The translations under genes were made by a program, and so were the position numbers. A DNA stretch of 53,279 bases from a virus. Taxonomy: Duplodnaviria > Caudoviricetes. How positions within the stretch are numbered: the first letter of the stretch is position 1; each line of letters begins with the position of its first letter. The stretch is from the IMG/VR virus record IMGVR_UViG_3300032288_006150, positions 1 to 53,279 of that record; one strand, given 5' to 3'. A model generated the notes under the pieces. The model ran no database searches and was not told where the DNA came from. It saw nothing but the letters and a program-made list of their open reading frames with translations. Shown here one piece after another: positions 1-9,744 of the stretch.

Positions 1-440
1 AGTATTGGTTCTTTCTTTCCCCAGTTATGATAAATCCCGTTTGAATCGAACTGTTCTTTTTTTAATTTAAGGAGATCATTTCTACTAGTGTGTGTTTTTA
101 TTTGAATATTAAGATCACCGAGGCGAAGATCACCATCATCAAATTGTCCTTTATCTCTAATTGTAGTCCAATCCGGCTCTTCCAGATCATAGCCTCTTCC
201 TCTTAACATTTTATAAACTGCAAACTCCCCTATTTTTCCTTGCGTAGCATCACACTTCCTTTGTCTAGGGGTTCTTCCTTCTTCATCATCATGAAAATAT
301 TTTTGCGAAAATGCCCACTTTACTGACTTTTCTACGTACTCGTTAACATCAAAAGTAGGTTTAAAATTCTTGCCGCTTCTCACATAAAGAGACCCGTTCT
401 TTTCTAGTAATTTATTAAAATTTTTTGCTTCTTGCCCCAA
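1..440 (-). CDS. PD-(D/E)xK-like nuclease, truncated by window edge (not in ORF track)
   Basis: Manual translation from TTG at 440 gives ...GKIGEFAVYKML...FDDGDLRLGDLNIQIKT..., an E...D...QxK pattern; promoter at 471-504. Confidence 0.55.
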   Translation of the reverse strand, partial: MGQEAKNFNKLLEKNGSLYVRSGKNFKPTFDVNEYVEKSVKWAFSQKYFHDDEEGRTPRQRKCDATQGKIGEFAVYKMLRGRGYDLEEPDWTTIRDKGQFDDGDLRLGDLNIQIKTHTSRNDLLKLKKEQFDSNGIYHNWGKKEPI

Positions 441-470
441 GGAGAGAAATTTAAGTATGTCTTATACTAA

Positions 471-504
471 CAAATGTAAAATAATTTCTCGGGTATTTAA
501 AATG
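471..504 (-). promoter_or_regulatory. CATTT-N8-CG-N11-TACATTTG promoter
   Basis: Bacteroidota -7 element TAnnTTTG with fixed-spacing CG and CATTT, as in about 9 other copies. Confidence 0.7.
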
Positions 505-507
505 AGA

Positions 508-1152
508 TTAGTAGTTCTCCCCGTCTATTTCACCATCCTCATCAAACACTATTTCATTAGATTGTATGGCATGAATTACCCCACTTTCCTCAAATTGTTC
601 GGAATAGCTATTTGAGATTCTAGTTAACACCCAATCCATGTGTTTTTTGAATTTTTCTTCTGCAGATTCAAAATAGGTATAAAGTTCGTCCACCCCCTCT
701 TTACCGAATTTTTCTATTAAGGATTCTTCATCATCTATCTCAAACTCTATCGAGGTATCGGTTGATCTGCCTGAATCTCTAAATGTGTAATATGTGAACT
801 TTCTAAATTTATTAGGAATTCCAAGCCATCTTAAAAAAAGATTATCATTGGAAACATCTAAGGCATCTGCACAATGAATATAATAATTAGGATCCTCTTT
901 ACTGACAAGGGATATATTTTTGCGGGTATTTTCGATCATATGTCGATTCCCATTATTCTCGTAATAATCTGGACCAAACAATGCAGTCATTTCCTCCTCC
1001 GATGGTTCAAATAATGAATCATCATCTATAACCCAATCCATATCGCCAATCCAGTTTCCTCTGTACATCTCCTCCCTGACGTTGTCGATAGCATTTTCCT
1101 TCGCTGAATTGGAAAGCTGATCAAATTCGTAGTATTCAAAAAGATGTCTCAT
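508..1152 (-). CDS. Acidic hypothetical protein with MRHLFEY leader
   Basis: Start moved to in-frame ATG at 1152, overlapping the upstream stop. Confidence 0.7.
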   Translation of the reverse strand: MRHLFEYYEFDQLSNSAKENAIDNVREEMYRGNWIGDMDWVIDDDSLFEPSEEEMTALFGPDYYENNGNRHMIENTRKNISLVSKEDPNYYIHCADALDVSNDNLFLRWLGIPNKFRKFTYYTFRDSGRSTDTSIEFEIDDEESLIEKFGKEGVDELYTYFESAEEKFKKHMDWVLTRISNSYSEQFEESGVIHAIQSNEIVFDEDGEIDGENY

Positions 1153-1406
1153 TAATAATCTACTGGATAATTTCCCCCGTGATACGTTCTTTGAATCACA
1201 TTCCATTGTTTTAATGAGGTTTTTCCGCCTTTCTTCTCAATGGAGTCCAAAACCTTACACGCATAATCAACTTCTCTAGCAGGTCTCAGCCTGAAAACCT
1301 GTCTATAGTGCTGGATTTGACCAGGATTTAAAATCTTATAATCTTTTGGATTATAATTGGGATCAAACCTGGGTTCAAAGTTCTCGTATATTTGTATATG
1401 TTTCAT
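1152..1406 (-). CDS. Hypothetical protein with MKHIQIYENF leader
   Basis: ORF track; AAATATATAG just upstream. Confidence 0.75.
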   Translation of the reverse strand: MKHIQIYENFEPRFDPNYNPKDYKILNPGQIQHYRQVFRLRPAREVDYACKVLDSIEKKGGKTSLKQWNVIQRTYHGGNYPVDY

Positions 1407-1410
1407 GATC

Positions 1411-1713
1411 CTATATATTTCTAGACAAAATGGATAAAGCCTTTTTTATTTCAGAACACGTTTCATAGTCTTCTATTTCTATCATTTCTTCTAGGCATTT
1501 GTTAAGAGCTTTCTCCCACTGATTTCTTGAAACGGAGAAAACTTTATTCTCATTCCCGACTTGAACCTCAAAGAGATCTACCTCTTCTAATCCTTTAGCT
1601 ATTCCATAAAATACCCCTCTAATGATCTCGTAAATCATTTCGGGATCTTTAACCTCCATGACAGCATCAACTGGATTTTCCTCTTCCTTAAACCTTCTGA
1701 TCATCCTTCCCAT
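1411..1713 (-). CDS. Hypothetical protein, C-terminal UVR-like motif
   Basis: EDYETCSEIKK resembles the UVR E-x-Y-E-x-A motif. Confidence 0.6.
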   Translation of the reverse strand: MGRMIRRFKEEENPVDAVMEVKDPEMIYEIIRGVFYGIAKGLEEVDLFEVQVGNENKVFSVSRNQWEKALNKCLEEMIEIEDYETCSEIKKALSILSRNI

Positions 1714-2419
1714 AAAAACTTAAAAAATAAGATTCAAACTCATGAGGTACTAAGCCCTTGGAGATTTTAATATTCCTATCTATATCATGCATTGCATCAA
1801 TAAAATTCTCCCAGTCCTCTACCGCTCCATCAATAAGCTTGATTGTTTCTTTACAAGTATCATAGAGATCCCTCACAATCTGTGGTTTGTCAGCTAAACC
1901 GAGATCGTATAAAGATTTGTTACTCTCTAAATAAAAATTGATATCATCCATTTCTTCCTCGCTAAGAGGAAAATCATACTGGTCCTTTATCGAGGAATAA
2001 TCGTCAGTTAAATATTCAATATCGTTTAAAATCTCATCAGGATCTTTTGATGTCTCTATTACTAGCCATCCACCTGATCTACCATCTTGACTTATATTTT
2101 CTATCCAATCATACTCCTGTTCAAGATCTTCGATGAATCCTTCTAGCCTATCTGAAATAAATTGGTTGTATTCATCATAAATAAAATCCTCACTTTTCCC
2201 TGTTTTTAATGCAAGTTTTTGCAAATCAAAACCTTCATATATTTTGATATTAAATCTATATGTTCCTGATCCTACTTCTGTGTTTTCTAATTCGTCCTTT
2301 ATGTCCAAAAGACGCTTGATCCCATTATTAAGATCTTCTTCCCAGGGGAGATCATTGAATTCTTCTGGGCTAGAATTAGACTCGTTTAAAAACTGGGCAT
2401 ATTTTAAAAGCTTAATCAC
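1688..2419 (-). CDS. Acidic hypothetical protein with KYAQFLNE leader
   Basis: ORF track; GTG start overlapping the upstream stop. Confidence 0.7.
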   Translation of the reverse strand: MIKLLKYAQFLNESNSSPEEFNDLPWEEDLNNGIKRLLDIKDELENTEVGSGTYRFNIKIYEGFDLQKLALKTGKSEDFIYDEYNQFISDRLEGFIEDLEQEYDWIENISQDGRSGGWLVIETSKDPDEILNDIEYLTDDYSSIKDQYDFPLSEEEMDDINFYLESNKSLYDLGLADKPQIVRDLYDTCKETIKLIDGAVEDWENFIDAMHDIDRNIKISKGLVPHEFESYFLSFYGKDDQKV

Positions 2420-2895
2420 AATGTATTTATCCCAAAACCGGATATTTCCTGGACTCTCATAATAGCAGATTCCCAGGTAGGAAATTGTTCGCTAAAGATC
2501 TTAATCCAAATTCCCTCAAACATCCTTTGATTTGCATTATCTTGGTCGTCAATAAGGATTCTTCCTTTTAGCAGAGATTTGTCACCGCAAAGAATTAATT
2601 TCTTTTGCATCTCATATCCAAAATGTGATTTAACCCATTCGGCTTTTTCTGTATAGGAATGTGTGTTCTTAAATGAGGGTCTGCTTAAAAACCATACATC
2701 ATATTTAGATGCTAGCTCGTTAACAGATTGGATTGCTGATGGTAAAGGACTTAGGTTCAAAAAAAATCCTGGATCTGACCAGGGATATTTAAATTTGATA
2801 CTTTCTTTGTGAAGATCTTTATTATCTTCTCTAAAACGTTGGACTGCTGAGTTTAAATCGCACACTGTTCCATCTAGATCAACATAAATTTTCAT
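2416..2895 (-). CDS. 5'(3')-deoxyribonucleotidase (NT5C, HAD superfamily)
   Basis: IYVDLDGT motif I, EKxxWV, DKSLLKG-x-ILIDD. Confidence 0.9.
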   Translation of the reverse strand: MKIYVDLDGTVCDLNSAVQRFREDNKDLHKESIKFKYPWSDPGFFLNLSPLPSAIQSVNELASKYDVWFLSRPSFKNTHSYTEKAEWVKSHFGYEMQKKLILCGDKSLLKGRILIDDQDNANQRMFEGIWIKIFSEQFPTWESAIMRVQEISGFGINTL

Positions 2896-2924
2896 ATGTA
2901 TATTTATCTGATTATTGATGCAAT

Positions 2925-3647
2925 TTAAGACATTTTTTCCTTAATCATTAGATCTTTGGCTCTTATTAAATCTTCCGGTGTATCGATAGCAATTGTTTCC
3001 TTATAAGAAAGTGTGTATTTCATTCTATATCCTTCTTCCATCCATCTAATCTGTTCCAATTGTTCAGCAAGAGAACCAGGAGAAGGCTGTAGCTTTGAAA
3101 TTTCTAATATATCGGATTTATGAAACCCGTATATTCCAACATGCTTAAAAATCTTTTTAGACTTTCCGAAAAAGGGAGATCTAGTAAAACATAATATATC
3201 ATCACCGGAGATCATCATTTTTACTGTTGATCTATTAAGCATATCCTCTTCTTTTAATTCGGTCGCTCCTGTTAATATTGTACCTCCTCTGAAGAAAATT
3301 AAATGATTTATTAGCCTATCTAAAAAGTTAGGATCTATAAAAGGTTCATCGCCTTGAACGTTAATAAAATAATCAAATTGATTTACAAGGGTTTCTGCAA
3401 CGTGACAAACCCTTAATGTTCCATTCGGAAGATCTGGTGTCATCATACATTCACCGAAACTAGAAACATGATCGTAAATCCTTGAATCGTCTGTTGCAAC
3501 TATTATTCTTCCAGCTTCCGTTTCTTGACATCTCTCATAAACTCTTTGAATCATAGTTTTACCACCTATATCAGCCATAGGTTTTCCAACAAATCTGGAG
3601 CTATTCCATCTAGAAGGTATAATGATACAAACTTTTCTTCCTTTCAT
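2925..3647 (-). CDS. kdsB: CMP-KDO synthetase (3-deoxy-manno-octulosonate cytidylyltransferase)
   Basis: IPSRWNSSRFVGKPM, NGTLR, INVQGDEP, KHVGIYGF, EQLEQIR, IDTPEDL; start moved to MKGRK. Confidence 0.9.
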   Translation of the reverse strand: MKGRKVCIIIPSRWNSSRFVGKPMADIGGKTMIQRVYERCQETEAGRIIVATDDSRIYDHVSSFGECMMTPDLPNGTLRVCHVAETLVNQFDYFINVQGDEPFIDPNFLDRLINHLIFFRGGTILTGATELKEEDMLNRSTVKMMISGDDILCFTRSPFFGKSKKIFKHVGIYGFHKSDILEISKLQPSPGSLAEQLEQIRWMEEGYRMKYTLSYKETIAIDTPEDLIRAKDLMIKEKMS

Positions 3648-3649
3648 AA

Positions 3650-4054
3650 TCAATAATGTAAATCGATAAATAAAATTTCCTTTCCATCGTCCTCGTAAAG
3701 AACAGGACACCAAGCAGGATGATATTGAGCACTAGCTTCGATTATTTGTTCTTCAGTAAACTTTATTCTCATTTCCTCTTTGAAATTTGGATATTTTTCC
3801 TTGTCGTCAAATTCACCTCTATCCAGTGCAGCATTGTATGACCTCATCCAATTAGATCCTTCTGCTTCTTTTAAATAAACTTTCCAAGAATGATCCTCAT
3901 AATAAAAATCTTCAACTCTTTGAACAACAACTATAGCATCATCAGGGATTTCATGTGTTTCTATGAATTTCTTAAGATTTCCTACTGTCATATATCCATG
4001 ATTTAGATAAGAAAGCAGTTCTTCTTTATTCATTGGTGTTATCTTCTTTTCCAT
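3650..4054 (-). CDS. Hypothetical protein
   Basis: ORF track, tiles with neighbours. Confidence 0.7.
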   Translation of the reverse strand: MEKKITPMNKEELLSYLNHGYMTVGNLKKFIETHEIPDDAIVVVQRVEDFYYEDHSWKVYLKEAEGSNWMRSYNAALDRGEFDDKEKYPNFKEEMRIKFTEEQIIEASAQYHPAWCPVLYEDDGKEILFIDLHY

Positions 4055-4259
4055 TTTTTAAGATATATTTTTTACCGCTCTTGACATATCCGGACGAAAG
4101 TAAAAGAATAACAATTCCCGCTTCAAAAGAAATTCTGTGACTTCTAAGATCTATTTCAGAATCAGAAGCTTCTCTTAAATTGCAATATCCAAATCTTTCC
4201 TTAACAAACTTGAGCGACATAGCTTTTAAATCACTCTCAGTTATCACTTCTTTTACCAT
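4026..4259 (-). CDS. Hypothetical protein
   Basis: ORF track. Confidence 0.55.
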   Translation of the reverse strand: MVKEVITESDLKAMSLKFVKERFGYCNLREASDSEIDLRSHRISFEAGIVILLLSSGYVKSGKKYILKNGKEDNTNE

Positions 4260-4500
4260 CCATATATTTCATATTCTCAATCTCCTTTTTAAGAGCTTCT
4301 ATAGATGATTTTAAATTAACAATAGAACTAGAAACGGGATTTGTCGGGCGCATCTCGTATTTTTCCTCTATTTTCTCGAGTACTCTTTCTAGATCTAAAA
4401 GTTCCTTCTTATAATCAACCTTCTTCTTAGTCTTAGTCTCATCCTTGATGATTTCAGATTTCTTTGCGGGGCTATTTCCAGACCAAGTTAAATTATTCAT
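4237..4500 (-). CDS. Coiled-coil hypothetical protein
   Basis: ORF track; TATAAATA upstream. Confidence 0.65.
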   Translation of the reverse strand: MNNLTWSGNSPAKKSEIIKDETKTKKKVDYKKELLDLERVLEKIEEKYEMRPTNPVSSSIVNLKSSIEALKKEIENMKYMDGKRSDN

Positions 4501-4557
4501 CTTTACTTTTTATTTATATAGACATAAAATTCAATTTTATTTCGGATAAATAGGGAT

Positions 4558-5007
4558 ATGAGAATTAAAAAATTCCAGGATTTTATTCAATTGAATGAGT
4601 CGTATGACGATGACGAAGGTTTAGAAATTGGCCCTTCTAAAAAAGCCAAATATAAAATATTTGAAATCGTTAAAAACTGGGACAAGGACGGGGCAGCAGT
4701 TGTAAGAAACACCAGCACCAAAAAGCTTTATTTTTTCTATTATGCTGATATTGAGGAAAGCGAATTTTATGATTATGCTTGGCTTCCTGCTTACATGGAA
4801 CATGACGAGGATGGGGTATCAAGGGTTCCAATAACAGATGATTTCAGATTTGAAGATGATACAGTAGAAGAGTATCTAAACGATAATACAGCTAACCTGG
4901 AATATGGGGAAGGACTTGAAGACTATGAAATAGGGGAATGCGAACTTATTCTAATGGACGAAGCACTAAGGGAAGAGATCGAAAAAGTGTTCGGAAAATT
5001 TGACTAA
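4558..5007 (+). CDS. Acidic hypothetical protein with MRIKKFQDFIQLNE leader
   Basis: ORF track; GATAAATA upstream. Confidence 0.75.
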   Translation: MRIKKFQDFIQLNESYDDDEGLEIGPSKKAKYKIFEIVKNWDKDGAAVVRNTSTKKLYFFYYADIEESEFYDYAWLPAYMEHDEDGVSRVPITDDFRFEDDTVEEYLNDNTANLEYGEGLEDYEIGECELILMDEALREEIEKVFGKFD

Positions 5008-5008
5008 T

Positions 5009-5452
5009 CTATTTTAATTTTAGTCTCTCCATTTCTTTTTTGCCTTCCTCGGTAACAAAATATAGGGTTTCACCACTCTCGTCTTCTATACAATCTAATA
5101 ATTTTCTGTCGCTTAATCTCTTAATATCTGATTCTATAATAGATCTATTAAGGATATCGCTAAATTCTTCTTCCGGAAAATCCTCCATGTCTTCTCCATT
5201 AACCCAACGGGTAAGGAAAAAATCTGCAAATCTTTTAAATGTAACGTCGTAATCTGCTCCTTCTTTTTCAAAGAATTCAGCTTCTTCTAGCCCTTCTAAA
5301 AGTCTTTCGGTAACATCAGAGACCGAAGATGGGTAGGTTTCATAGTGTGTGGATCTTTTCAATTTGATTCTTACGTAATTATTATACGCAAGAATCAGAT
5401 TTAGTTTCACTAGGATTTGATCTGCTCCGTTCCTATTTTCTGATCTACCCAC
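5009..5452 (-). CDS. Hypothetical protein, possible C-terminal winged-helix
   Basis: YFVTEEGK ending; true start uncertain. Confidence 0.6.
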   Translation of the reverse strand: MGRSENRNGADQILVKLNLILAYNNYVRIKLKRSTHYETYPSSVSDVTERLLEGLEEAEFFEKEGADYDVTFKRFADFFLTRWVNGEDMEDFPEEEFSDILNRSIIESDIKRLSDRKLLDCIEDESGETLYFVTEEGKKEMERLKLK

Positions 5453-5649
5453 TTCATAAACTTGTCTCTTTCTTCTTCGATTTCAAAGTCGATAGAAACT
5501 AAATGTTTGCCATTGGAAATAAAATCTAAAGAGTAAATGTCTTTATATTCTTCGGAGGGATTTTCTGACATTCTTCGGTACTCCTTCTCTATAATAAAGG
5601 CTACTTCCTCAAGATTAATTCTCTTTTTACCGTGCTTTATAAAATTCAT
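5410..5649 (-). CDS. Hypothetical protein
   Basis: Start moved to MNFIKHG to remove overlap with the upstream gene. Confidence 0.6.
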   Translation of the reverse strand: MNFIKHGKKRINLEEVAFIIEKEYRRMSENPSEEYKDIYSLDFISNGKHLVSIDFEIEEERDKFMKWVDQKIGTEQIKS

Positions 5650-5653
5650 ATCT

Positions 5654-6043
5654 TTATTTTTTAGATAATAAATATTCTTCTCTCTTTTTAAAATAATTGG
5701 ATTTAGCTGTTTCTGGGTCATCCCCTCTTTTAATATAAATAGTTGTTTTCCTATCAATGTGCACAGCTATCATCTCTACTGTAGGTTTAGATTCAAAAAC
5801 TTTAGGCTTTCTTCTATAAACTTTAGCAGGAACGGAAGATTTTCCAACTAATGGTTTTAAAATCAAATTATTTCTCCCGTCTTTCTTGTTTGCTGGCTCT
5901 TTTGATAGATTCATCCTTTTAAGCTTGGACCTGATCCCCTCTATGCTTCTTTCTAAAGCCTCAGAAAGTTCCTTAAAGGATAATGATTGATAATTTGCAA
6001 GTAAAAAATCTTCCTTTTCCTTTGTCCATCTTTTTCCGTCCAT
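5654..6043 (-). CDS. Myb/SANT-like HTH DNA-binding protein
   Basis: RWTKEKEDFLLANY...ELSEALERSIEGIRSKLKRM. Confidence 0.65.
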   Translation of the reverse strand: MDGKRWTKEKEDFLLANYQSLSFKELSEALERSIEGIRSKLKRMNLSKEPANKKDGRNNLILKPLVGKSSVPAKVYRRKPKVFESKPTVEMIAVHIDRKTTIYIKRGDDPETAKSNYFKKREEYLLSKK

Positions 6044-6114
6044 TTGGTTTCTTTTTTAACGGGGTCCCAGCCCCTAAATCCGATGTTTACCCCGTAAATG
6101 TAAGGGATTTTTGC

Positions 6115-6486
6115 CTAATTTGAAAAAAGATCCTTCCTGCACTTTTTCTTGAGGATGTCTGCTACTAGATTCGACGAGTGCTCCATCGGGTGCTTGTCAT
6201 AGCCTGTTATCTCCATTATTTGATCATAAAATCTGAGACCCTGTAAAAAGTGAGTGTATTCATGTATTACGGTGTCTATAAACTCATTAAAGCTCCGATG
6301 TCTGTCTGGATTAATATAAATTTTACTAGCCTCGCCATCCTCCTCGTAAAGGCCTTTACAGTTAACCTTTCTAGAGATTGAGATAGTTAATTTAGAATTG
6401 TTACGGCATTTAGATTTCCCCAAATTATTGGAGCACCAACTTACTATGGCCCTAGCATTTCTTAAATTAATATCCGAGGTATTCAT
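6115..6486 (-). CDS. HExxH metallopeptidase-like protein
   Basis: TVIHEYTH and YDKHPME. Confidence 0.7.
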   Translation of the reverse strand: MNTSDINLRNARAIVSWCSNNLGKSKCRNNSKLTISISRKVNCKGLYEEDGEASKIYINPDRHRSFNEFIDTVIHEYTHFLQGLRFYDQIMEITGYDKHPMEHSSNLVADILKKKCRKDLFSN

Positions 6487-6489
6487 ATA

Positions 6490-6879
6490 TTATTCACCGG
6501 AATCACCCGATCCTTTTTTAGCTTTTTTTATCGCTTTATAAATCATTTCTATCTCCTCGATGGTAATGTCAGTTTTTTTACGGTTGATTTCAACAGTGCA
6601 AGCTACCACATTTCCATCAATGTATCCTATTTTATTATCTATTCTGTCTATGCTTAATGCATAATCTCCCTTCCCATCAAAAACCCTTCCTGTATAGAAA
6701 CACTTCTTTTGTTCCATTAGGTTTTTAAGTACAAGAAAAGATAGATCAAATTTGATGTTCCTGGAATCTGCGCTCTGCTTAAGATTTAGCATTTTTTTGG
6801 CGACATCAAGATCTGTGATCTTTCCTCTTTCTTCAACCTCTGGAGAAACTGTTGTTTCTTTAATTTCATTCTCTTCCAT
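6490..6879 (-). CDS. HNH-like (beta-beta-alpha-Me) endonuclease
   Basis: CFYTG...SIDRIDNKIGYIDGNVVAC...INRKK. Confidence 0.7.
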   Translation of the reverse strand: MEENEIKETTVSPEVEERGKITDLDVAKKMLNLKQSADSRNIKFDLSFLVLKNLMEQKKCFYTGRVFDGKGDYALSIDRIDNKIGYIDGNVVACTVEINRKKTDITIEEIEMIYKAIKKAKKGSGDSGE

Positions 6880-6887
6880 TCTATATT

Positions 6888-7667
6888 TTATATAAGCCCA
6901 AAATCTTTTAGCTCTCTGAGATTTCCTATTTCTATTTTTTCAAAGATATTTTCAGGAATGTATTTTACTGTTCCTGGAAAATAATCTATGAAATCCTTTA
7001 AAATAGGGATTTCGGGATGTTCTAGAGGCCCTTCTTTTATTGCGGTTTCCCAAGTGTCCGTGGTAAGATGGTTTTGATATCCATAGGATAAAACCTCGAC
7101 GGATGGGGTTCCGCACAGAAAATCCGAATAAACCGGATCTTTCGGCGACAACGGCTGGGGGTCGAAGGAAACCCAGCATTTGTCTGGTCTTTTGGATGCT
7201 AAGAATCTTTTAAACGGGACGTAGTAATAGTTGAAGCAGTCTTTTAAATACTCATAAAAGCCTATCCATATTATCTCATCCCGGTCATATCCGGACTCGA
7301 GCATTTTTCTGTGATATATTCCAGCTGGGGAAAAACTGTTTAAAAACCAGTCAAATCTTGAAATAAGAGAGAGATAAAAATACCGATTAAAAAGACTTAT
7401 GCAGATTGCTGCTTCTTCGTAGCTCGAAACGTAAATCCCAACAAAAGGCTTTCTGTGATATCTCTGCTTAGATGTTTGTTTGATGATAGAGGGATATAAA
7501 TCTCTCCACAAATAGCCATACTTTTCTCTCTGAGGATCATTAAATAATTCTCTAATGTCTAATGGATTTTTTTCCGAATAGATCTCATAAAAAGGAAATA
7601 TAACATTTATTCCCGGGGTTTTTCCTAATATCATCCATAGTCTTAGATTAGACCAAAACCATGACAT
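6888..7667 (-). CDS. Hypothetical protein, paralogue of 7643-8329
   Basis: Shared PxREKxGYxW, WE...GPLE and FGLI C-terminus. Confidence 0.7.
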   Translation of the reverse strand: MSWFWSNLRLWMILGKTPGINVIFPFYEIYSEKNPLDIRELFNDPQREKYGYLWRDLYPSIIKQTSKQRYHRKPFVGIYVSSYEEAAICISLFNRYFYLSLISRFDWFLNSFSPAGIYHRKMLESGYDRDEIIWIGFYEYLKDCFNYYYVPFKRFLASKRPDKCWVSFDPQPLSPKDPVYSDFLCGTPSVEVLSYGYQNHLTTDTWETAIKEGPLEHPEIPILKDFIDYFPGTVKYIPENIFEKIEIGNLRELKDFGLI

Positions 7668-8329
7668 TGGTCAAGAAAATCAATTCCCGATTTTTGCCTG
7701 GTTTCTTCATCTATATACTTCACTAAATTAGGATAGGAAAAAGAAAGCTCCTGCCAAGCCATTTCCGGCTCAAATTCTAGGGGACCTAGCAAATCTACTT
7801 CTTCCCAGACGTCCTTTCTATTCATGATCGAAAAATCGTCAGGAAGTGTTTTAATTTCAACCCAATTCCCCCAAAAGCCTTCAATATCCTTTTTAACCAA
7901 CATGCTCCAATAATTATTGGTAGCTATCCAAATGTTACCATTTTTCAAAGAACTATTTAAAGAAGATAAAAAATTCTTTCTTTCTTTTATTCTATCGGAG
8001 AATTGTAATTTAATTTCGGCAACCGTATTTTTTTCTAAATTCTTCACAAGATCCGAATTCCAAAGAATAAAATCAGAGAGTGCATTCTTAATAACAGATC
8101 CCATGGAGAATGTTAAAAATGCCCGGTCAAACATTTTTACGAAATTAGAAAGATCCTCCTCAGAGGAGATCATAAATCCCTGTAAAACCAGCCCCTTACC
8201 CTTTTGATGCTCAACGATAAAATCCTCAAAATCCCAATAATATCCTAATTTTTCGCGGTCAGGATGCAAGAGATCTGCCTTTTTTAAAGGATAGATCCCA
8301 GAGAAATTCTCATAAAAATCGAAGATCAT
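7643..8329 (-). CDS. Hypothetical protein, paralogue of 6888-7667
   Basis: Shared PxREKxGYxW, WE...GPLE and FGLI C-terminus. Confidence 0.7.
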   Translation of the reverse strand: MIFDFYENFSGIYPLKKADLLHPDREKLGYYWDFEDFIVEHQKGKGLVLQGFMISSEEDLSNFVKMFDRAFLTFSMGSVIKNALSDFILWNSDLVKNLEKNTVAEIKLQFSDRIKERKNFLSSLNSSLKNGNIWIATNNYWSMLVKKDIEGFWGNWVEIKTLPDDFSIMNRKDVWEEVDLLGPLEFEPEMAWQELSFSYPNLVKYIDEETRQKSGIDFLDQCHGFGLI

Positions 8330-8351
8330 TGAGCAAATTTAATGATAAAAC

Positions 8352-8382
8352 AAAAAAGGACCCCTTTAAAAAAGGAGTCCTT
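8352..8382 (-). terminator. Intrinsic terminator
   Basis: AAAGGAC...GTCCTTT inverted repeat with a minus-strand T tract after 8400-8615. Confidence 0.6.
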
Positions 8383-8399
8383 TCGATAATTTAGACGTC

Positions 8400-8615
8400 T
8401 TAGACAGTCTGCCAACGGAAACCACCAGCACTCTGAAGAACTCCGCGGGTAACTTTTGAAATGCTGCTAGGATCTACTCCTGTGGTTAAACCAGCCTGAC
8501 GGATAGAGCTATATTTCTTTAGCTTTCTACCACCAGCGGTCATTTGCATTACTGACTTAGAACGGGGATTTGTTGTTGCTTTTTTGCTTTTAGCAGTGTT
8601 TTTTGAATTTGACAT
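8400..8615 (-). CDS. Stand-alone NUMOD1-type DNA-binding protein
   Basis: YSSIRQAG...SSISKVTRG...SAGGFRW. Confidence 0.75.
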   Translation of the reverse strand: MSNSKNTAKSKKATTNPRSKSVMQMTAGGRKLKKYSSIRQAGLTTGVDPSSISKVTRGVLQSAGGFRWQTV

Positions 8616-8708
8616 TTTTTTGAAATTTAGGTTTTTAAATAATTAATATACACATATTATAGACCCAAAATTCAAAAAGGTTCCAAAAAATATGAAAAAA
8701 TCAAGGTT

Positions 8709-9131
8709 TTAAGCAAACTGTATTACGACGTCCCCCTTTCCTTGGAGAGCCCCTATGAATCTTTCCACGTCAGCCAAAGCCTCAGTATCAAGATTTATTC
8801 TAATATCTTCCTGTTTGCTTTTGGTGCCTATCGCTCTTAATACCCTACTAAAAATCCCCCTTGCATTTTTACATGGAGACGATGATTCCACAGTATATTT
8901 AATATCATCGACAGGCTCTCCTTTTAGATAATTAAACTTGGAAAGAGAAATTCTAAGCTGATCCTCTGACAAAACAGCAGAACCTCCATTTCCGGATACA
9001 CCTGTATTAAAATCTGTACAGTTTAGGGATTCATATAATATCCAGGATTTACCTTGATTAAAGGCACCTATAGAAATGAAAGAAATTCTTTCACCAGATC
9101 TTTTACATTTTGCAATTATATCGTGAGCCAA
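8709..9131 (-). CDS. Hypothetical protein
   Basis: ORF track; promoter at 9147-9180. Confidence 0.65.
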   Translation of the reverse strand: MAHDIIAKCKRSGERISFISIGAFNQGKSWILYESLNCTDFNTGVSGNGGSAVLSEDQLRISLSKFNYLKGEPVDDIKYTVESSSPCKNARGIFSRVLRAIGTKSKQEDIRINLDTEALADVERFIGALQGKGDVVIQFA

Positions 9132-9146
9132 TTTTTGTAATTTTTA

Positions 9147-9180
9147 CAAATATAAAATCAAGAATGCGTAATAAAAAATG
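9147..9180 (-). promoter_or_regulatory. CATTT-N21-TATATTTG promoter
   Basis: Same 21-nt spacing; CG shifted by one base. Confidence 0.65.
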
Positions 9181-9182
9181 TT

Positions 9183-9734
9183 TTAAATGAATTTCCCAAA
9201 TCTTATCCAAATAACTGCAATATACTTCGTTCCTGAAATGACCGGCAGTCCCGCGTGAAGACTATCATAATCTGGGTTGCCATCTTCAAAGGTATTGTCC
9301 CACAAAACAAGTTTACCTTTCTGTGGGCTTACTCTGATATTAATTTTTGGAAATTCTGTCTCGCCTCCAGTAAAATCATCGTTTAAATAGACAAGAGCAC
9401 TTTTAGCTCTTTGTCCGCCTCTTTTCATTTCACTTTCATAATAGCCTTCACCCGGATGAAAGAAATCGTGATGTGTTTTATACTCCCCACCTATTTCATA
9501 TTTAACAATATGAATTAATTCCATATTCTCTACAGGAAATCCGGAGGCCTCAGAAATCCTCTTTCTATAATTTTTAATAATCTCTGAGCTATCATTTAAC
9601 CATGCTCCATCAGCTACTCGGTATCCCTCAATTTCTTTTCCAAGAGTAGTTGTTCTCATGAATTGCTTTTGCGCAGCTTCTATCATAAACTGGCATTCCT
9701 CGTCAGTTATAAAATTTTCATATTCTTTTACCAT
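9183..9734 (-). CDS. 2OG-Fe(II) oxygenase, prolyl 4-hydroxylase family
   Basis: HHD, YLNDDFTGGETEF, LHAGLPV, GTKY. Confidence 0.9.
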   Translation of the reverse strand: MVKEYENFITDEECQFMIEAAQKQFMRTTTLGKEIEGYRVADGAWLNDSSEIIKNYRKRISEASGFPVENMELIHIVKYEIGGEYKTHHDFFHPGEGYYESEMKRGGQRAKSALVYLNDDFTGGETEFPKINIRVSPQKGKLVLWDNTFEDGNPDYDSLHAGLPVISGTKYIAVIWIRFGKFI

Positions 9735-9744
9735 AGAATAAAAA

